NCBI GenBank assembly: GCA_964578865.1
Contig: CAZOES010000004.1
Span: 12,362-76,361 of the forward strand
Reading direction: 5' to 3'
DNA: 64,000 nt
From: an uncultured Gemmatimonadaceae bacterium
GTDB lineage: Bacteria > Gemmatimonadota > Gemmatimonadetes > Gemmatimonadales > GWC2-71-9
Numbering within the stretch: the stretch's first letter is position 1; every line of letters begins with the position of its first letter. The notes under the pieces are model-generated. The model made no database searches. It was not told where the DNA came from and saw only the letters and a list, made by a program, of their open reading frames with translations. Of the stretch, positions 61,171-64,000 are shown piece by piece. Made by a program: the position numbers and the translations under genes.

Positions 61171-61812
61171 TCAGAAGGGGACCGACAGGAAGAAAGTGAG
61201 AGCCCGGTTCCGAATGTCGCCGATATCGCTGACCGAACGGACGCTCTGGCTGAGTCGGGCCTCGATGGCAAGCTCACTGCTCTCGATCGGGATGCCTATT
61301 CCCGCGCCCCCCAGAACCTGAAAATCGAGAGTCCTGAACCTGGCCACATTGTTGCCGGTGCCGCATTCGCTGCGGGACAGTGTGACCCCTTGATCCGACA
61401 GCTCCACGTTGCAGCCGATCCGGGCGCCGGGCACGCCGCCTCCGGTGAACAACAGGCGGACTTTGCCGAGGGTGAGACGGGTCCGGAGCAGGAGTGGAAG
61501 GTCGAGATAGACCAGGTCCAGGTCGAGCCGGACCGGGGTGGTCGATCCCGCCGGCACCACCGAAGTCGCTCCACCCTTACTGGCGATCTGGATGCCGGGC
61601 CGGAACACCAGACCGGAGAAGAGCCGAGTCTGGAAGTAGGCTCCGGCCACCGCACCCTCGTGCAGGGTCACCCCGCCGCTGTTCCGTCCGCTGAAGCTGG
61701 CGCGAGTGTAGCCCAGCTCGACTCCGATTGCCCGCCGTCCCTGGGCCAGCAGATCGTCGGTTGCCGAAAAGAGAATCAGCGCCCACAGCGCGAGAAAGGC
61801 GAACCGCTTCAT
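61171..61812 (-). CDS. small outer-membrane beta-barrel protein (OMP_b-brl / OmpW-OmpA-like barrel)
   Basis: The ORF track start is 62313. The ATG at 61812 forms an ATGA overlap with the kinase stop and gives signal MKRFAFLALWALILFSATDDLLAQ. Alternating strands and a C-terminal ...FFLSVPF. Confidence 0.8.
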   Translation of the reverse strand: MKRFAFLALWALILFSATDDLLAQGRRAIGVELGYTRASFSGRNSGGVTLHEGAVAGAYFQTRLFSGLVFRPGIQIASKGGATSVVPAGSTTPVRLDLDLVYLDLPLLLRTRLTLGKVRLLFTGGGVPGARIGCNVELSDQGVTLSRSECGTGNNVARFRTLDFQVLGGAGIGIPIESSELAIEARLSQSVRSVSDIGDIRNRALTFFLSVPF

Positions 61813-63374
61813 GTCGGCTGAACGTTCAATGCAGAGCTCCGGGATTGCTCCAGCCCGGCCCCCGGTTTCCGGAGCGGGCCTTCGGCAGGCAGGATAAACC
61901 AGAAACTGGCGCCGTGGCCATAGACCGATTCGCAGCCGATGGTTCCCCCGTGCATCTCCACGAATCGCTTGGAGAGTACCAGCCCTAATCCCGTCCCCTG
62001 CTGCACTCGGCTGGCCGAGCTGTCCACCTGGCTGAACTCCTGGAACAACTTGCCCATGTCTTCCTGGCGGATTCCGGTGCCGGTGTCGCGTACCGAGATC
62101 CAGACGCATTCGCGAGAGACGAAACGGGCGTTGTCGCCGGCCCGGTCCGAGGGAATCGGGAGGGGCGCCCGGGTCGCGATCGCGGAAACTGTAACCGTGC
62201 CACTCTCCGGGGTGAACTTGGAGGCGTTGGAGAGCAGATTGAACAGGATCTGCCGGATCCGAACTCCGTCGGCCAGCACCGGCAGGGGATCGGTGCCGAT
62301 CTCCAGCACGCACTCCTGCTGCTTGGCGGTGCGGAGCGAAGCGGTATCGGTGACCGCTCCCAGGATCGCCTCGCGCAGGTCGTTCTGGGAGAGGCTCAAG
62401 GTCATCCGGCCGGCTTCGATCTTGGAGAGATCGAGCACCGAATTGATCAAGCCCAGCAGGTGTTTGCCGTTCCGGAGAATGGAGTCGAGAAACTCGCGCT
62501 GGGCTTCGTTGAGCTCGCCCAGCTCCTCGGTGAGCAGCAGGTCGCTGAAACCGTTGATGGCGTTGAGCGGAGTCCGCAGCTCGTGGCTCATGTTGGCGAG
62601 GAACTGGCTCTTGAGTTCGGTTGCCCGCATCAACTCGCGATTCTTGGTGGCCAGGACCTCTTCCTTGCGACGGCTCTCTTCCAGCACATGGGCCCGGTCA
62701 AGCCCTACCACCACCTGGTCGCCCAGAGTCTGAAGCAACCGCAGGTCACCCTCACTGAAGGGGCGGCCATCTTTGCGATTGCACGCCGCCAGCACCCCGA
62801 TCACAAACCCGGCTGCGACCAGCGGTACACAGGCCAGCGCGTTGGATTGATCGTCCGGCATCGCGAAATTCCGCGGATCGCCCGACATGTCGTTGGAGAT
62901 CAGCGGCTGCTCGGTCGAGACCACGTGGCCCACCAGCGAATGATCCACCGGAATCAGCCGATCCCGGGCTTGCTGGAACCAGCCCGAGGCCGCCACTACC
63001 CTCACGAATCGGCCTTCTTCTACCACGAATCCAATGGCCGAACTTTCGCTCTGCAGCAGATCGGCCACTGCATCGGCGATAACCTGGAGCACGTGGTCCA
63101 GCGTGTCGCCCGAGACCATCGCATCGGCCACCGTTCGCATCCGGTCCAGTTCCCGGTCGCGCACCGCTGCCTGGGCCAGCGCGTCTTTGAACGCCTGCTC
63201 CTGCCGGCCGGCTTCCGCGGTCAGAAACTTGGCTCCGAACCACACCGCGGCGGCTACCCCGGCCAGCAGCAACCAGCCCAGCGTTTGGCCCCGGCCCACC
63301 AGCCAGGCTCCAATCACCCCGACGATCAGTGTCGGGACGAAGTAGAGGCTAGTCCGGTTGAGTGGTGGGCTCAT
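61809..63374 (-). CDS. sensor histidine kinase with 2 TM segments, GAF domain, HisKA and HATPase_c domains
   Basis: H-box FLANMSHELRTPLNAI, N-box LFNLLSNASKFT, G-boxes VRDTGTGI and GTGLGLVLSKRFVEMHGG. GAF-like region 110-270. No adjacent response regulator. Confidence 0.88.
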   Translation of the reverse strand: MSPPLNRTSLYFVPTLIVGVIGAWLVGRGQTLGWLLLAGVAAAVWFGAKFLTAEAGRQEQAFKDALAQAAVRDRELDRMRTVADAMVSGDTLDHVLQVIADAVADLLQSESSAIGFVVEEGRFVRVVAASGWFQQARDRLIPVDHSLVGHVVSTEQPLISNDMSGDPRNFAMPDDQSNALACVPLVAAGFVIGVLAACNRKDGRPFSEGDLRLLQTLGDQVVVGLDRAHVLEESRRKEEVLATKNRELMRATELKSQFLANMSHELRTPLNAINGFSDLLLTEELGELNEAQREFLDSILRNGKHLLGLINSVLDLSKIEAGRMTLSLSQNDLREAILGAVTDTASLRTAKQQECVLEIGTDPLPVLADGVRIRQILFNLLSNASKFTPESGTVTVSAIATRAPLPIPSDRAGDNARFVSRECVWISVRDTGTGIRQEDMGKLFQEFSQVDSSASRVQQGTGLGLVLSKRFVEMHGGTIGCESVYGHGASFWFILPAEGPLRKPGAGLEQSRSSALNVQPT

Positions 63375-63381
63375 AGGTAAT

Positions 63382-63465
63382 GGGCTAAGAGCTGAAAGCT
63401 AAGAGCTACGTGCTGGAAAGGCTGAATCGGTGCACGTTTGCTATCAGCTATTAGCTCTCAGCCCC
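63382..63465. terminator. AT-richer imperfect palindrome (AGCTAAGAGCT-type words) at the 3' end of the bfd-like gene
   Basis: Left arm GGGCTAAGAGCTGAAAGCTAAGAGCTACGTGC (63382-63413). Right arm GCACGTTTGCTATCAGCTATTAGCTCTCAGCCCC (63432-63465). The right arm overlaps the last codons and stop (63451-63453) of the bfd-like gene. Confidence 0.5.
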
Positions 63466-63666
63466 ATCAGTCAAAAGCTCGGAGAATTCCGTCTCGCCAG
63501 TCGCCAGCATGCGGCGGAGATAAGGCCGGCACAGCCCGCATTGACCGCCGCAGCCGGTTTCGCGGGTCAGATCTTCCAGCGTCCAATGATGCTCTCGCGC
63601 TGCCGGCAACAGCCGGGCGAAGGGCACTCGGCGGCAGAGACACTGGGTGACACTGATTTTCGGCAT
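63451..63666 (-). CDS. BFD-like [2Fe-2S]-binding domain protein (bacterioferritin-associated ferredoxin-like)
   Basis: 71 aa with Cys pattern CLC...(33 aa)...GCGGQCGLCRPYL, typical of Bfd-type domains. Confidence 0.75.
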   Translation of the reverse strand: MPKISVTQCLCRRVPFARLLPAAREHHWTLEDLTRETGCGGQCGLCRPYLRRMLATGETEFSELLTDGAES

Positions 63667-63691
63667 GAGGGAAAGTCGGCTGAAATCGGGC

Positions 63692-64000
63692 TCACGGATT
63701 GGTCGGCCGCAGGTCCAATTCGCTCACCAGCGCCCGCTCGGGCAGGGCCAACGCGGAGAGGACCGCGGAGGCAACGTCGTCCGGCTGAAGGACCTGGGCC
63801 AGATTGGGACTGAGCACCGACTGCCCCCGGATCAGCGGGGTGTCCACCGTACCGGGACAGATGGCAATGACCCGCACGTTGTCTTTTCTGACTTCCATCA
63901 TGAGGGCGCGACAGAAACCCAAGGCCGCATGCTTCGAGGCGACGTATCCGCTCCCGCCGGCGAATCCGTTCTTGCTGGCGATACTGCAGATGGTGACCAC
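63692..64000 (-). CDS. SDR-family oxidoreductase, C-terminal part (gene runs off the window)
   Basis: The partial ORF contains the catalytic YVASKHA (YxxxK) and ICPGTVDTP motifs. The N-terminus lies beyond 64000. Confidence 0.8.
   Translation of the reverse strand: MVTICSIASKNGFAGGSGYVASKHAALGFCRALMMEVRKDNVRVIAICPGTVDTPLIRGQSVLSPNLAQVLQPDDVASAVLSALALPERALVSELDLRPTNP

Noticed and set aside
1-64000. I looked for mobile elements, prophage genes, CRISPR arrays, tRNA/rRNA genes and canonical defence-system genes (nucleases, helicases, STAND or ABC ATPases in unusual contexts, toxin-antitoxin pairs).
   Set aside because: No transposase, integrase or recombinase motifs were seen. There are no spaced direct-repeat arrays, and the only repeats are 2-4 unit microsatellites and palindromes. 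No intergenic region is long enough or cloverleaf-like for a tRNA. No defence-type domain architecture was recognised. The window looks like core chromosome with metal-homeostasis and catabolic operons.

Overview
This is a GC-rich bacterial chromosomal window. The gene content (TonB-dependent receptors with carboxypeptidase-regulatory-like N-termini, an ADOP/MacB-type duplicated permease, several CocE/NonD hydrolases) suggests a Gemmatimonadota- or Acidobacteriota-like soil bacterium, but that is inference only. I support about 60 protein genes. I recognised no rRNA, tRNA, CRISPR array, transposase, integrase or phage gene. All family calls come from motifs read in the supplied translations; no searches were run.

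Gene blocks:
- 18-5791 (+): bactofilin, then a BMP-type ABC importer with an embedded Nif3 gene.
- 5866-9558 (-): small membrane protein, ndh, queG, VOC, acyltransferase.
- 9613-14448: housekeeping genes (class-V PLP enzyme, LOG, deoxyhypusine-synthase-like, MgtC/DUF4010, GNAT).
- 14452-17703 (-): copper efflux operon copZ, cupredoxin, copA, csoR, with CsoR-type G-tract boxes in its promoter.
- 19574-28818 (-): copper acquisition and cytochrome-oxidase maturation array. Order: small His/Cys exported protein, TonB receptor, BNR lipoprotein, copC, CocE/NonD hydrolase, copD, sco, pcuAC, ctaG.
- 28977-31308: two convergent paralogous hydrolase-like genes.
- 30262-51254 (-): a 21-kb run of same-strand genes. 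It holds a second metal-uptake set (small exported protein, porin-like barrel, ZnuA-like, ZnuB-like, small exported protein, TonB receptor, with no ATPase gene), a six-gene translationally coupled catabolic operon, and an ADOP permease with a LytS/LytTR system.
- 51414-57090 (+): second LytS/LytTR system, two NTF2-like genes, an IorAB-type molybdoenzyme.
- 57079-64000: orphan GspG-like pseudopilin with an HD-GYP protein, a lipoprotein, and a GAF-kinase, OM barrel and papain-like Cys/His protein unit.

Most interesting observations:
1. Three paralogous small exported Cys/His proteins share a C-terminal [HR]-A-P-P motif. Each sits directly upstream of an outer-membrane barrel gene.
2. A serine hydrolase and a CPCC-containing BNR lipoprotein are embedded in a tightly coupled copper operon.
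3. A metal ABC importer has no ATPase gene and lies next to a divergent LytTR system.
4. There are two families of intergenic palindromic repeats and several 7-9 bp tandem repeats, concentrated around the copper genes.
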